Assembly (NCBI GenBank): GCA_050012255.1
Contig: JBEKHN010000001.1
Location: 328,392-392,391, forward strand
Direction of reading: 5' to 3'
Length of the DNA stretch: 64,000 nucleotides
Origin: Candidatus Bathyarchaeia archaeon
Lineage (GTDB): Archaea > Thermoproteota > Bathyarchaeia > Bathyarchaeales > Bathycorpusculaceae
Position 1 is the first letter of the stretch, and each line of letters opens with the position of its first letter. Shown in pieces: positions 30,918-41,577 of the stretch. A program made the position numbers and the translations under genes. Under the pieces are notes generated by a model, which saw nothing but the letters and a program-made list of their open reading frames with translations, was not told the origin of the DNA and did no database searches.

Positions 30918-32000
30918 ATGGAAAGACAACGATTGATCACGGTTTTATTAATCGCAGTCGTACTGTTGGTCCCAATGGTTCAACTGTTCTTGAAAACCTC
31001 ATCTAGGAATGTGTCGGCCCTCGAAACGACGATACCCATAGGACTGTACTGGGACGCAAACCTCACCAGACCAGTGGATCGAATCGACTGGGGGACTCTG
31101 GCGCTTGGCGAGGAAAAAAAGGTTGAAATTTACGTAAAGAACGAGGGAAACGAACCGTTCATTTTAACTCTCACGCCAGTGAACTGGCAAGGTGACAACA
31201 CCTCAAACTGCATGACCTTCAGCTGCGAAAGGCCCAACATCAGACCAGGCGAAACCGTTCAAATCGCTCCAAGCCTACTAATATCCTCCAACGCTTCAGG
31301 ACTCTCCAGTTTCAGCTTTGACATCGCCTTCTCGGAAGCCTCAATCACGATAGCCGATTTTGATACCTTTTTCTCCAACAACCCAAATGTAAGAATGATC
31401 TATCCTTCGGACAACTCCGACAAACCGCTCAACTGTAACGCGGCAATGGTGAGCGATTGGACAGCGTCAGCGTTCGTTTCCACAAAACTCACGAACTTTA
31501 CGGAGGGACTCGACACGAAGACTAGTTTTGTGAACCAAACCAACGGAAAACCAGTTGGCGCCTCAGGGACAGGCATAATAAGTTTTGGCGGTCCCATGGT
31601 AAACCTAGTTGTGATTTATGCAGAGAGTAACAACACTACCTTGCCCGATAAGGCACCCATCAAATTCCATAACGACAATGGACTTCTCTCCTTCCAATAC
31701 TCGAATGGCTCAGCTGTTTCAGGGACAAGCATGCAGGGTGGAATCGTCAGCACAAATCAAGACATGTTTGTCATCGAAACATTCCAAGACGGAGGCGGCA
31801 GATACATCATGCTGTGCTACGGCTTCGGATGGAAAGGAACGTATGCCGCAGGCAAGTATTTTTACACAATAATATACCCTAACCTCGGATCATACAATGA
31901 AGCCTGGATCGTTGTAAAATGGGATGACACAAACAACAACGGATTCGTAAACGCTCCCGGCGACGGAGACACCTACACGATGATTGCAAAAGGCAACTAG
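30918..32000 (+). CDS. Membrane-anchored secreted protein (S-layer-like)
   Basis: N-terminal TM; IDWG..YVKNEGN; FGGPMVN; YGFGWKGTYAAG; many NxS/T sequons. Confidence 0.7.
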   Translation: MERQRLITVLLIAVVLLVPMVQLFLKTSSRNVSALETTIPIGLYWDANLTRPVDRIDWGTLALGEEKKVEIYVKNEGNEPFILTLTPVNWQGDNTSNCMTFSCERPNIRPGETVQIAPSLLISSNASGLSSFSFDIAFSEASITIADFDTFFSNNPNVRMIYPSDNSDKPLNCNAAMVSDWTASAFVSTKLTNFTEGLDTKTSFVNQTNGKPVGASGTGIISFGGPMVNLVVIYAESNNTTLPDKAPIKFHNDNGLLSFQYSNGSAVSGTSMQGGIVSTNQDMFVIETFQDGGGRYIMLCYGFGWKGTYAAGKYFYTIIYPNLGSYNEAWIVVKWDDTNNNGFVNAPGDGDTYTMIAKGN

Positions 32001-32277
32001 CAAATGCGGCCGTGGCATTATCAAAGACTTTTCTCCAGTTGAACCAAAATGAACTGCAAACCAGCACGCGCTCTTAGTCACGCTGAAAGAAAAGACTATC
32101 AACTCAGCGAATAAAGGAAGGAACAGGAATATGGATCCATTAATAGAAAGAGTTCTCGACATTCTCAAGATGCTCCTGTCGGGCAGACTAATCAAGGAAA
32201 TACGCCAAGTCAAACTGAAAATCAAGAATTGCATGACGGCTGAGCAAGACCAGCTCTCGGATAGAACGGGCCAAGAA

Positions 32278-32937
32278 ATGAAAGTGAGTATTGTGATACC
32301 CACATTAAACGAATCCAAATTTATCTCTAATCCTCTCAAGTCGCTACAGGCAGGGCAATACTCTAACTACGAAGTCATAGTTGTGGACTGCATGAGTGAA
32401 GATGACACCGTAGAAAAAGCAAGAAGAGCTGGGGCACGAGTGCTGGTTTCCAGCAAGAAGAACGTTGGTTATCAGGTTCACCTGGGCTTTCTAGATGTCA
32501 AAGGCGACATAATAATCAAAACAGACGCAGACACCATCTTTCCAAGAGATTTCCTCACAAAAACAGTAAAGGCATTCAAAAACCAAAAAACAATGATATA
32601 CCACGCCGGCCACATCTACTACGACGGAAACATAATAATGAACTTGATGGCCCATCTCTACGACAAGTACTGGCGAAAGCCCTGGGCCACAACCGGACAT
32701 TTCATCGCAGTAAGACGAGAAGCTTACGAAAAAGTCACCTTCAACCCTCTGCCCAAGAGTCAAGATTATGACTTCGGCCAAAGAGCCTATGACACGTTAG
32801 GTCCAGAAGCCTTCGCCTACAATCCAAATTCAACGGTACTCATCTCATCCAGAACAATAAAGAAACTAGGCCTACTAAGGTACGTACTCTACGGCGGCTC
32901 CTTCAGGATAAGGGAGCGCGCGCATGCCTGTTCCTAA
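32278..32937 (+). CDS. GT2 glycosyltransferase
   Basis: MKVSIVIPTLNE, EVIVVD, TDAD; stop codon lies inside the MITE left TIR. Confidence 0.88.
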   Translation: MKVSIVIPTLNESKFISNPLKSLQAGQYSNYEVIVVDCMSEDDTVEKARRAGARVLVSSKKNVGYQVHLGFLDVKGDIIIKTDADTIFPRDFLTKTVKAFKNQKTMIYHAGHIYYDGNIIMNLMAHLYDKYWRKPWATTGHFIAVRREAYEKVTFNPLPKSQDYDFGQRAYDTLGPEAFAYNPNSTVLISSRTIKKLGLLRYVLYGGSFRIRERAHACS

Positions 32938-33080
32938 ATTCCGTCAGCATGTTAGCTTCTGCCGTTGGCTGCTTCAATCTGTTGACAGCTATGTAACTTT
33001 CGATGTGTGAATTATCGTCTACATACATGAACCAATCAGGCAGCTTTTGAAGGAACGAATTTAGGAACAAGCATGCGCGC
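32918..33080. mobile_element. ~163-bp MITE-like element with ~24-bp terminal inverted repeats
   Basis: GCGCGCATGCCTGTTCCTAAATTC ... GAATTTAGGAACAAGCATGCGCGC; no ORF inside. Confidence 0.75.
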
Positions 33081-33209
33081 TACAACCTGAACTACAACGG
33101 TAATACTCTTTCAATCAGTTTGCAGGAGCTTCCGAATAGAAATCAGCGCGCGCTAGAGGTGCTAGGTGAGAAAAAGGAGGAGATTGGGGTAGTTTGTTTG
33201 GTTTTGCTG

Positions 33210-35240
33210 TCAACTTAATGTCCATGTCCAAGTGTCTGAGCTTATCAAGGCATTAGTTGTTGGGTTTCTTAATTCTGCGATCCATGTGTAGGTGCCGTGT
33301 GGAGCGGTGGGAATCGTGAACGAGTTCCAGAGGTAGGTGCCTGAGTTAAAGCTTGCGGGTAATGTAGTTGTCATGTCAAGCAATGGCCCATACGTGCCTC
33401 CGCCTGGTAGTCCAAGCTTTATTATGGCTCTGACAGGTGTGGCTGGACCTATGTTCCTAACCTGGACGTAAACGTACATTGTTTCTCCGATGGTGTAGGT
33501 GGCTTTGTTTGTCCAGATGTCGATCGAGGGAGTTTCATAGTATGCAGTGTATGTTCCAGCTGAACTGACCGTTATGGTCGTGCCCGTGCTGCCTGTGCTC
33601 CATTGTTTAAAGTGGTGACCCATCGCATCTTTACTTGGAACTGTGAAAGTGTGGGTTCCAGTCAAGCCTGTAAAGGTGTAAGCAGTATTGTAGCCCGTCG
33701 GCGAACCATCCTTGGTAATGGGTACACTTACATATGCAGCTTCGGTATTGCAATAGGCATTAATAGTGGCAGAGTAGGTTGCCGTTGTGCCTGTGAGTAC
33801 TATGTCGTCTAAGTATGCTCCTTCGTAGGTGACTGATAAGTCGCTGTGGAAGATGAAGCCAACATAAGTGGCAGTAGTGGGAATGGATACGCTGCTGTAC
33901 AGCCAACCGCCAAGGTTGCCAGTGTGAGAATCAACGTAGTACCATACGCCGCCGCTATAGTACTCGACCCTAAGGGTGTCGAAGCCTGATTCGCTGTTGA
34001 GCCAATAGTAGTAGCTAAGCGTGGCAGAGCTGTAGGCACTCAGGTCGACCGCCCTATACATGTAAGCGTCCATGTAATTGTCATATTGATGTTGTACACT
34101 GTTAGCTACGGTTGTTGTGCCTACTAGGCTTACATCGTCTATGTATGCTCCTTCGTAGCTGGCGATTATGGAGTCGCTGTAGAAGTAGAAGCCAACGTAA
34201 GTGGCAGTAGTGGGAATGGATACGCTGCTGTACTGCCAACCGCCACTGTTGCCAGTACGAGAATCAATGTAGTACCATGTGCTACCGGACCAGTACATGA
34301 CCCTAAGGTAGTCGTAGCCTGATTCGCTATTGAGCCAATAGTAGTAGCTAAGCGTGGCAGAGCTGTAGGCACTCAGGCTAGCATATCTATACATGTAAGC
34401 GTTCATGTTAAGATCATACATGTGGACATTAGAGTTGTTTTTATATCCGTAAAGCTGCACGTCGTCTACGTATGCACCAATTAAACCAGAGATGCTAGAG
34501 TCGCTGTAGAAGCGGAAGCCAACATAAGTGGCAGTAGTAGGAATGGATACGCTGCTGTAGTACCAATAATTGCCGAGATCACCAGTATGTGTGTCGGCGT
34601 AAGTCCATGTGCTACCGGTCCAGTACATGACCTGAAGGTAGTCGTAGCCTGATTCGCATCTACAATAGTAATAATAGCTTAGATAGACAGTGGAGTAACC
34701 GCTAAGGCTAACTGGGATAGCTCTATACATGTAAGCGTTCATGTTATCGTCGTAATTGGTTGCATATGGATCCGGATAGCCGTTGCACCAACCACTCCAA
34801 GATCCCGCGTGAGCGCGTGCAGACACGTCATCCCAGTAGTCGTAACCGTTAAGAGAAGCCCAGTCGCCAACAGTCCACGCAGTTCCAGGGAAGGCACCCT
34901 CAAAAGTTTCAGTGAAAATTGTTGTCGCGGTTGTTTGACTTCCTACTTGTGCGCACCAGCCACTCCAAGATCCCGCGTGAGCTCTGTAGCTTGTGTCATC
35001 CCAGTAGTCATAGCCGTTAACAGAATTCGAGTCGCCAACACTCCAAGCAGTTCCAGGGAAGGCACCCTCAAAACCTTCGCTGAACACTACTCCTGCGGGT
35101 TGAACATCTGTTGTTGCAACTCTAGATTCCTCTCCATTTACCTTTGCCTTTACTGCAAGAGACATTAGTGGCGCTGCTGCAATGAGCATCAGCAAAACCA
35201 ACACAGATAACAGAATCATTTTTCTTCTCATTCTTTTCAC
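33210..35240 (-). CDS. Secreted Tyr/Ser-rich repeat protein (MAM-like jelly-roll repeats) with C-terminal Ig-like domains
   Basis: Signal peptide; 2x FEGAFPGTAW..GWC; 3x AYMYR..ESG(Y/F)D..SIPTTATYVGF..GAYxDD. Confidence 0.85.
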   Translation of the reverse strand: MKRMRRKMILLSVLVLLMLIAAAPLMSLAVKAKVNGEESRVATTDVQPAGVVFSEGFEGAFPGTAWSVGDSNSVNGYDYWDDTSYRAHAGSWSGWCAQVGSQTTATTIFTETFEGAFPGTAWTVGDWASLNGYDYWDDVSARAHAGSWSGWCNGYPDPYATNYDDNMNAYMYRAIPVSLSGYSTVYLSYYYYCRCESGYDYLQVMYWTGSTWTYADTHTGDLGNYWYYSSVSIPTTATYVGFRFYSDSSISGLIGAYVDDVQLYGYKNNSNVHMYDLNMNAYMYRYASLSAYSSATLSYYYWLNSESGYDYLRVMYWSGSTWYYIDSRTGNSGGWQYSSVSIPTTATYVGFYFYSDSIIASYEGAYIDDVSLVGTTTVANSVQHQYDNYMDAYMYRAVDLSAYSSATLSYYYWLNSESGFDTLRVEYYSGGVWYYVDSHTGNLGGWLYSSVSIPTTATYVGFIFHSDLSVTYEGAYLDDIVLTGTTATYSATINAYCNTEAAYVSVPITKDGSPTGYNTAYTFTGLTGTHTFTVPSKDAMGHHFKQWSTGSTGTTITVSSAGTYTAYYETPSIDIWTNKATYTIGETMYVYVQVRNIGPATPVRAIIKLGLPGGGTYGPLLDMTTTLPASFNSGTYLWNSFTIPTAPHGTYTWIAELRNPTTNALISSDTWTWTLS

Positions 35241-35315
35241 CTCCCTTCGCAGGCGCTATATTCATTCATGAAATAGCGGTAGCTTATTTGTGAATTAACA
35301 GATAAAAGTTTTATG

Positions 35316-35330
35316 TAGAACAGTGTTCTG
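35316..35330. promoter_or_regulatory. TAGAA-N5-TTCT(G) operator next to the TATA box of 33210-35240
   Basis: One mismatch to the palindrome repeated at 23909, 35794, 54511, 56224, 60545. Confidence 0.55.
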
Positions 35331-35864
35331 TATGATTCTTCCATTCGGCAGCTTCGGCAACGTATAAACAGCTGCAGGCGGATAGTTCCCGCCCAAAATT
35401 GTGATGCTAAATAGCGCGCGCGCAGCCTCAAAACTAACTTTTCCCATTCTCTTAGACTATTTTTAATTTCGCGTGCTATGCGCAATTTCACAATTGACTT
35501 CAATGTGTAAATCTGTGGCTTCTGCTGGATTGGCACGCACGTTCTTGTAAATCATGGAAGATACAAATTGGATGAAAGTGATGTATATGTGGAAGGATAG
35601 GGGCTCATATGCTCAACAGTAGTATAGAAACATACCACGAGCATAGAGAAGCATAAACTAGCACGCAACATCGTGCTACAATGGTCATACAATCTCGCCT
35701 TAGGTGTGGATTCCACAAGACACAATTTTGTCCATTGTGGAATACAAGATTTCAAGCGCGCGCGCAGCAAAAGAGCGCGTGCGAAGTTTTCTATAGAAGA
35801 CCTTTCTATAGAATTACTCCTCGTATGGATATTAGGAAGATTGAGTAATAAAGTCTGGGTTGAA

Positions 35865-36080
35865 ATGAAAGTGCGCTGTGTATCTGAAGAAAACAAGATT
35901 CGTCTTGAAATTGAAGAACGAGGAAGAATCAAGGTGTTGAGGCTGGAAGAGAAGCAGATTTGTTGGGAAGGGTTCAGAGAGCTGCGTGGAGAACTGGTAC
36001 GTGGTGTCCCTAGACGGAATGGAAAAGACTGTCTAAAATACTGCCGCCATGAAGGCTGCGATTTTGGCAAACGCGGCTAA
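35865..36080 (+). CDS. Small hypothetical protein
   Basis: ATG 35865 MKVRCVSEENKIRLEIEE..; preceded by TAGAA-N5-TTCTA at 35794-35808. Confidence 0.4.
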   Translation: MKVRCVSEENKIRLEIEERGRIKVLRLEEKQICWEGFRELRGELVRGVPRRNGKDCLKYCRHEGCDFGKRG

Positions 36081-36184
36081 GTGGAGCTACATTTTTGGAT
36101 GCAAGCGAGCGCAATGATCCTTTCACTTGACTAGTTCCTTTATGAACAATCATGACGATGAAGAAATGAGAGCGGGGAACCACA

Positions 36185-37195
36185 TTGGAGTTTCTTGACA
36201 AAACCTCTTCGGAACACAGATTGGTTGAGGATTTCTTGCTGAAAGCGCTGAAATCGGGCGCGTCAGACGAGTTGTACGAGATTGTCAAACATCAGGTTGC
36301 AGCCGGCGGCAAACGAATCAGACCTGCGATGACCATATTGTGTTGCATGGCCGTTGGCGGAAAGAGTGAAGCTGCTATTCCTGCAGCCGCTGCGATCGAG
36401 TTGGTTCACAATTACACGTTGATTTTCGATGACATAATAGACCGGTCTGAGTTGAGGAGAGGCTTGCCAACAGTCAGAGCAAAGTATGATAATGTTATGG
36501 CTATACTGGCTGGAATGCATTACAGAGAGGCAATTTTCGAAGCAGCAAAGCAGAGTCCGAGGCCGACAGAGATTGAAGAGATCTTGAGTAGTGCGCTCAG
36601 AAACATCATCGAAGGAGAAAGGCTGGATATCTTGTTTGAACAAGCGGGGCGAGAAGCGGAATACATTCAAAAAATGATGTACAAGTCCATAAGTGAAAAG
36701 GACTATTTCGAAATGATCGGAAAGAAAACTGCCGCTTTGTTTGAGGCCGCCTGTAAGGTGGGAGGTGTTGTAGGCAACGGACCACCAGATCAAGTGGATG
36801 CATTATCAAGATTTGGCTGGAACTGCGGACTAGCTTTTCAGGTTACAGACGACTTGTTAGATATCACCGCAAAGAAGGAAGAATTGGGCAAAGAAATAGG
36901 AAAAGATATCAAAGAGCACAAACTCGGAAACCTAGTCATTCTTCACAGTTTGAAAGAACTCTCTGAAGTCGAAAGGAACAGGCTTTTTGAAATATTGAGA
37001 TCCCGCGTGATTGGTGAGGCCGAAGTGAACGAAGCCATCAGAACTATATCTTCAACAAGCGCTGTCAAGCAGGTATGTAAGGTCTCTAAGGATTTTGCAT
37101 CACGTGCAAGAACAAGCCTGAACATCCTTCCGATTTCTGAAGCGAAGAATACATTGTTGGAACTGGCAGTCTTCATAGATAGAAGGAGTTTCTGA
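36185..37195 (+). CDS. Polyprenyl diphosphate synthase (GGPP synthase family)
   Basis: GGKRIRP, FDDIID..RRG (FARM), KTA, AFQVTDDLLD (SARM), GKDIKE. Confidence 0.93.
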   Translation: MEFLDKTSSEHRLVEDFLLKALKSGASDELYEIVKHQVAAGGKRIRPAMTILCCMAVGGKSEAAIPAAAAIELVHNYTLIFDDIIDRSELRRGLPTVRAKYDNVMAILAGMHYREAIFEAAKQSPRPTEIEEILSSALRNIIEGERLDILFEQAGREAEYIQKMMYKSISEKDYFEMIGKKTAALFEAACKVGGVVGNGPPDQVDALSRFGWNCGLAFQVTDDLLDITAKKEELGKEIGKDIKEHKLGNLVILHSLKELSEVERNRLFEILRSRVIGEAEVNEAIRTISSTSAVKQVCKVSKDFASRARTSLNILPISEAKNTLLELAVFIDRRSF

Positions 37196-37283
37196 TGCGC
37201 AGCGCACTAGAAGTGCGTGTTGAATCGCGCAATCTCACAAAAACTGAATACTGTGGGCACAAGGAAATATGGAGTGAAAACAG

Positions 37284-38615
37284 ATGAAGCTACTTAAGGT
37301 CAGCCTTATGGTATTACTTTTGCTCGTTTCCTATTCGACTTTGCATGCTCCCATAAAAAATGCTTCTGCAAGCTCAAAGGAGAGCATCCAAATCTCTCCA
37401 GACGGGAACGGAATCAGAATCGTTGTTGGAGATATTGAACTCTATTTCAATGCGAGCAATGGCGGAGAAATCACGGAATATTTCGATCTGACCGTTGATC
37501 CTTATCGTTCAAGAAATCTGGTAAACGTTAAATGGGCACCCTACTACAATCTTCTTCCGTTGTTCACGTCTTTGTTCTATAAGCCTCCCAACATCACGTT
37601 GGTTCTTTCGACTGGTGGGGATCGTAGTGCCAAGCTTTGGGTGATTAGTAACTCTAGCGAATACGTGATTCTACAGTCTTCTTCAAGGATCATCGGAAAT
37701 GCGGGTGAAGTTGCCAAAGATGTTCACGGAGACACTATTTATGTGAATTCCACATGGATTGTACACGACACTGGTCTTGTCTCGGTTGAGAGAACTTTTC
37801 TTGTTCCAAGTTACGCGACTGTTCCTTCCGGGTGGAGATGGTATCCCTTTTACCTGACTAGGACGGCAGGCTTCGATTACAACGGGACCTTTTTCATGTT
37901 CAACACGACATACGCCCGCGCTTCAGTCGTTAACCAAGCCACATATAGAGACATGTTCAGCCTGTTCAGTGTTCTACCCAAGGACGCGGGGCACGTCTCG
38001 GGAGTTGCCTTGCCCTTTTCTAACACTAGCATCGGAGGAGATGGAACGCACAACATCCTCATCGCCTACAAATATGACGAATTGACGAGTGTCGATGAGT
38101 GGAGATCAGACAACTACTATAGTCAAAGTAATAATGTAGTAGAAGGCGGCGCAGTACACGAGTTTAGTAAAGCTACGAACATTTCCACTCACACTTATCA
38201 CATGATCGTCAATTTCACACGTCAGCCCATAGACGAGAAGAGAGTTCAGGACTTTGCAAACTACTATGCAGACAACCCATCTATCGCCTTGCCCATCGAA
38301 TGTTCTGTCACTGCAAACAAAGACCTCTACACGCCCGGGGACTACTATGCCTTCTATGGATCTGGAACATCACACTATGATTTGACGCGCCTCACCGCCA
38401 GACTCACCGTAATGAACAGCTCAAGCCGGATCGTGTATCGACGAGACTATGGACCAGCGAACACCCCTGCTGAACAAACCTTCAACGTGACACTGCTGAC
38501 AGGAACCGCAGCTCCAAAGCCAGACAACTACACGGTTTCGTTTCAGATTTTCTCCCCGTTTGGAATAGTCATATCGTCGAGCAGCAAGGCAATCACAGTA
38601 ACTACCGCACTCTAA
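37284..38615 (+). CDS. Secreted hypothetical beta-rich protein
   Basis: Signal peptide, many sequons, C-terminal Ig-like segment. Confidence 0.75.
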   Translation: MKLLKVSLMVLLLLVSYSTLHAPIKNASASSKESIQISPDGNGIRIVVGDIELYFNASNGGEITEYFDLTVDPYRSRNLVNVKWAPYYNLLPLFTSLFYKPPNITLVLSTGGDRSAKLWVISNSSEYVILQSSSRIIGNAGEVAKDVHGDTIYVNSTWIVHDTGLVSVERTFLVPSYATVPSGWRWYPFYLTRTAGFDYNGTFFMFNTTYARASVVNQATYRDMFSLFSVLPKDAGHVSGVALPFSNTSIGGDGTHNILIAYKYDELTSVDEWRSDNYYSQSNNVVEGGAVHEFSKATNISTHTYHMIVNFTRQPIDEKRVQDFANYYADNPSIALPIECSVTANKDLYTPGDYYAFYGSGTSHYDLTRLTARLTVMNSSSRIVYRRDYGPANTPAEQTFNVTLLTGTAAPKPDNYTVSFQIFSPFGIVISSSSKAITVTTAL

Positions 38616-38683
38616 CGAAAAGAGTTGGACGTACATCACAGTTACAGAGGGAAGGTACTGCACCGACCACCCAGTATTAATCA

Positions 38684-39895
38684 GTGCCAGAAAAGAGGAA
38701 AATCACCTTGGAAAAATATGACGTGGTGATCATTGGAGGAGGAATCGCCGGACTCTCCACTGCTCTACCTATATGCAGGAAGACCGATGTGAAGCTTCTC
38801 CTCGTCGAGAAAGGTCCTATTGGAGACCCAACAAAGACTTCGCCCTTCACTTTTCCAGACGTAGTTGAACGTTTCCAACTATCTGACGCTGTGCTCCAGA
38901 AATACAAACGATTCACCTATAGATCCCCGACTGGGGTCACTGCGTCTTTTGAATATGAAAGCCCTGCCTTCGTAACCTTGGACTACCAGAAAGCTTGCGG
39001 TATAATGCTTAAAATGATGTTAAAGGAAGGCAATGCGGCCGTAATGGAAAACACTGAAGCCCTTGACTTGGAAGCAAGCAAAACTGACCTGAAACTGGCC
39101 CTTTCAAACTCGAAGAGTGTTGTATGCAATGTTTTGGTCGATGCATCAGGAAGCAACTTCTTCATATCGCGTAAACTTCGAACCAAGCTTCCTACACTTT
39201 ACAGCCACCCCTACGGCGAGTTTCTTGAAGGATGCGAAATTGAAGATCCAGAGGAAATGTGCATCTTTTCTGGCAACAAATACGGAAATGGTGGGGGATG
39301 GATGTACCCCATCGACAGGAAGACAGCGCGGTTCGGCTTTGCAACAGTTACCCGATCAAGTGTTTATCCAAGGGACATTGTCGAAAAAAACTTCAGAGAA
39401 GCAATCAGAAACTTCTATCCTTATAACGAGATGCTATCAGGCGCCCAGAGAAGAAGATCAGAATTTGGAACAATACCCTTTGGCCCCATCAATAATCTTG
39501 CGCATAGGCAATTCCTGATTGTCGGAGACGCCGCAGGTCAAGCAACACCATGGTACGGTGAAGGAGTACGACCTGCCTTGGAAAGCGGCGAGATGTGCGG
39601 CAAAACCATTGCTGAGGCCTATCAAAATGGACAACTTAACGCCAGAACCTTAAACAACTACCAGCGCTTATGGGACGCCAAAAACAGAAAAACGTATTCA
39701 AACCGTACAAGAGCTGGCTTCAGATCATACTTCAGAAATCAAGAACAGTGGGACAATTCCGTCAGATACCAAGCTTCGCTAGCACCCCAAGAAATGATGG
39801 CTATAATCAGATATGGCAAATGGCCAACCTCTCAATCAAACATACTTCTTCGGTTTTATCACCGCATGCGCAGTGTCATAGGCCTATCGCAATAA
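38684..39895 (+). CDS. FAD-dependent oxidoreductase, geranylgeranyl reductase/lycopene cyclase superfamily
   Basis: DVVIIGGGIAG, VDASG, GGWMYP, VGDAAG..GEG. Confidence 0.88.
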   Translation: MPEKRKITLEKYDVVIIGGGIAGLSTALPICRKTDVKLLLVEKGPIGDPTKTSPFTFPDVVERFQLSDAVLQKYKRFTYRSPTGVTASFEYESPAFVTLDYQKACGIMLKMMLKEGNAAVMENTEALDLEASKTDLKLALSNSKSVVCNVLVDASGSNFFISRKLRTKLPTLYSHPYGEFLEGCEIEDPEEMCIFSGNKYGNGGGWMYPIDRKTARFGFATVTRSSVYPRDIVEKNFREAIRNFYPYNEMLSGAQRRRSEFGTIPFGPINNLAHRQFLIVGDAAGQATPWYGEGVRPALESGEMCGKTIAEAYQNGQLNARTLNNYQRLWDAKNRKTYSNRTRAGFRSYFRNQEQWDNSVRYQASLAPQEMMAIIRYGKWPTSQSNILLRFYHRMRSVIGLSQ

Positions 39896-39963
39896 TAAGG
39901 TTCGCGTAACCGCCTACTCGACAGACTTAGCATAAGTACGCCTCTTGAATCTGTGGATGCAAA

Positions 39964-41067
39964 ATGACAAACAAACCCGCACGAATTGTCATTCTGTGGA
40001 ACGTCAAGAGAATTCTAGGCAAGATGAGGGAAATGCTGTTCTATAAGAAGCTTGACTGGAATTTCATAAGCAAACCCCTGAAAGAAGACCCCAGTGAACT
40101 CTTCAACATCCATCGCCCCACCATTGAAGATTATGGGTTGAGGTACCGTGTTGATGGAAAGGCTAAGACCTGCTATGACTGGTGGTACTCCGCCATTCTC
40201 AAAGACACAGAAGAAAAACTCTATTTCTTCATTCTTGCCTTTCATCCAAAATGGAGCTTCTTCAGAATCATCCGAACAAACATGCGCGCGCGCGCTAAGC
40301 AGAATTCTCTTCCCAAATTTCCTGGTCTTGGATGTGACTTCCATGAGAAAATTGGTTATTCTGAACACGACGAAGCGATTGACATATGGGTTTCGAAAAT
40401 CACAAAACCAGAATCTTCAAAGAGAACATTTGCGAGAGTTACTATCAAACCTTGCAAGAGCCACCTGATTTTGAAAACAGACGACATGACTCTGGATCTG
40501 AATTTTACCAGTCTAGGCATGCCTTTCTGGATAAACAGGGGACGCGAAGCGATATGCTCCCCCAAAGGTGATTCAATGAGTGGATTCTATGACGTTTCCC
40601 AAATTGAAGGTTCTCTCAAGCATCTAGCAGAGAAAACAGCAATCAGTGGTGTTGGCATTAACGAGCATCTGATGTCGTTCATCCCCCCTGAACGTTTCTG
40701 GAAAAGGATAGACGGTATTTTCTTCTGCACCGACCAGGTCTACTGTGCAATATGGTACCTAGAAAACCAAATCGAAGCAAGACGTTTCGAGTACAAAGAC
40801 GGTGCAGTTTTCATCCGAGCAACCCAAGAATACCTAATACCAATAGATCTGAATGTCGAATACCTAGAATTTGACAACCACAAACAGGTCCCTATAAAGA
40901 TTCGCATCCAAGTAGATACAACAAAGGGAAAGTTGAACGCAGTGGCAGAGGCTATAGCCGAGACAGAAAAGCAGTTAGCGCTTAAGATCACAGACGGCAA
41001 CTTCATTTTTGAAGATGGAAGAAGATTGAGGCTGACAAACGGTTACGGTCAGCACGCTTTACATTAG
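39964..41067 (+). CDS. Hypothetical protein, possible CrtC/tocopherol-cyclase-like barrel
   Basis: YDWWY motif, G.G..EH, beta-rich; fold call is inference. Confidence 0.65.
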   Translation: MTNKPARIVILWNVKRILGKMREMLFYKKLDWNFISKPLKEDPSELFNIHRPTIEDYGLRYRVDGKAKTCYDWWYSAILKDTEEKLYFFILAFHPKWSFFRIIRTNMRARAKQNSLPKFPGLGCDFHEKIGYSEHDEAIDIWVSKITKPESSKRTFARVTIKPCKSHLILKTDDMTLDLNFTSLGMPFWINRGREAICSPKGDSMSGFYDVSQIEGSLKHLAEKTAISGVGINEHLMSFIPPERFWKRIDGIFFCTDQVYCAIWYLENQIEARRFEYKDGAVFIRATQEYLIPIDLNVEYLEFDNHKQVPIKIRIQVDTTKGKLNAVAEAIAETEKQLALKITDGNFIFEDGRRLRLTNGYGQHALH

Positions 41068-41227
41068 TCATGTGCTTCTGCTTAGGAATTCCGGCTACCT
41101 GAGAGAGCAAAGTCGCCATCGTAATATAGTCTCAGGCAGCCCGCGCGCTTTCAGTTGTCTGGAAAATGTTATAAACCCGCGCTTTTTTCTTTTCATTTCA
41201 CTAGTGTAAAGAATAGAGGTGAGGCTA

Positions 41228-41359
41228 ATGAGTGAAAAACTTCTTCAAGAGATCAGAGATGAACTTCGCAAATCCAATTCAACTCTGAGCAAGATGTTGG
41301 AGGGATTTGAAGAATACGTGGAGTTTAGGAAAAAACAAAGCCGATTAACAACCAAATGA
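41228..41359 (+). CDS. 43-aa small protein
   Basis: MSEKLLQEIRDELRKSNSTLSKMLEGFEEYVEFRKKQSRLTTK; GAGGTGAGG RBS and TTATAAA at 41169. Confidence 0.6.
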   Translation: MSEKLLQEIRDELRKSNSTLSKMLEGFEEYVEFRKKQSRLTTK

Positions 41360-41577
41360 GATAAAGTGCCAGCATATTGCCAACCGACGGATAGAAGCTT
41401 CAAAGGTGTATTCTCTAGAGTCAGAAACGTCTGATGTAAAGAACGCCTATAACTAGGACACTTTTTTTACGCTTGTGTAACCAGATAGATTTGAGGTGAA
41501 CGATACGCCAGGCATTGAAAGGTTGATCGATATTGGGAACAAAGTAGATTCAAAGGCACTTTTACGAAACATAGCAC

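Noticed and set aside
35552-36070. 172-aa minus-strand ORF and other antisense ORFs (18285-18968, 27688-28275, 62834-63346)
   Set aside because: They overlap better-supported genes or cross motif junctions, and carry no family motifs.
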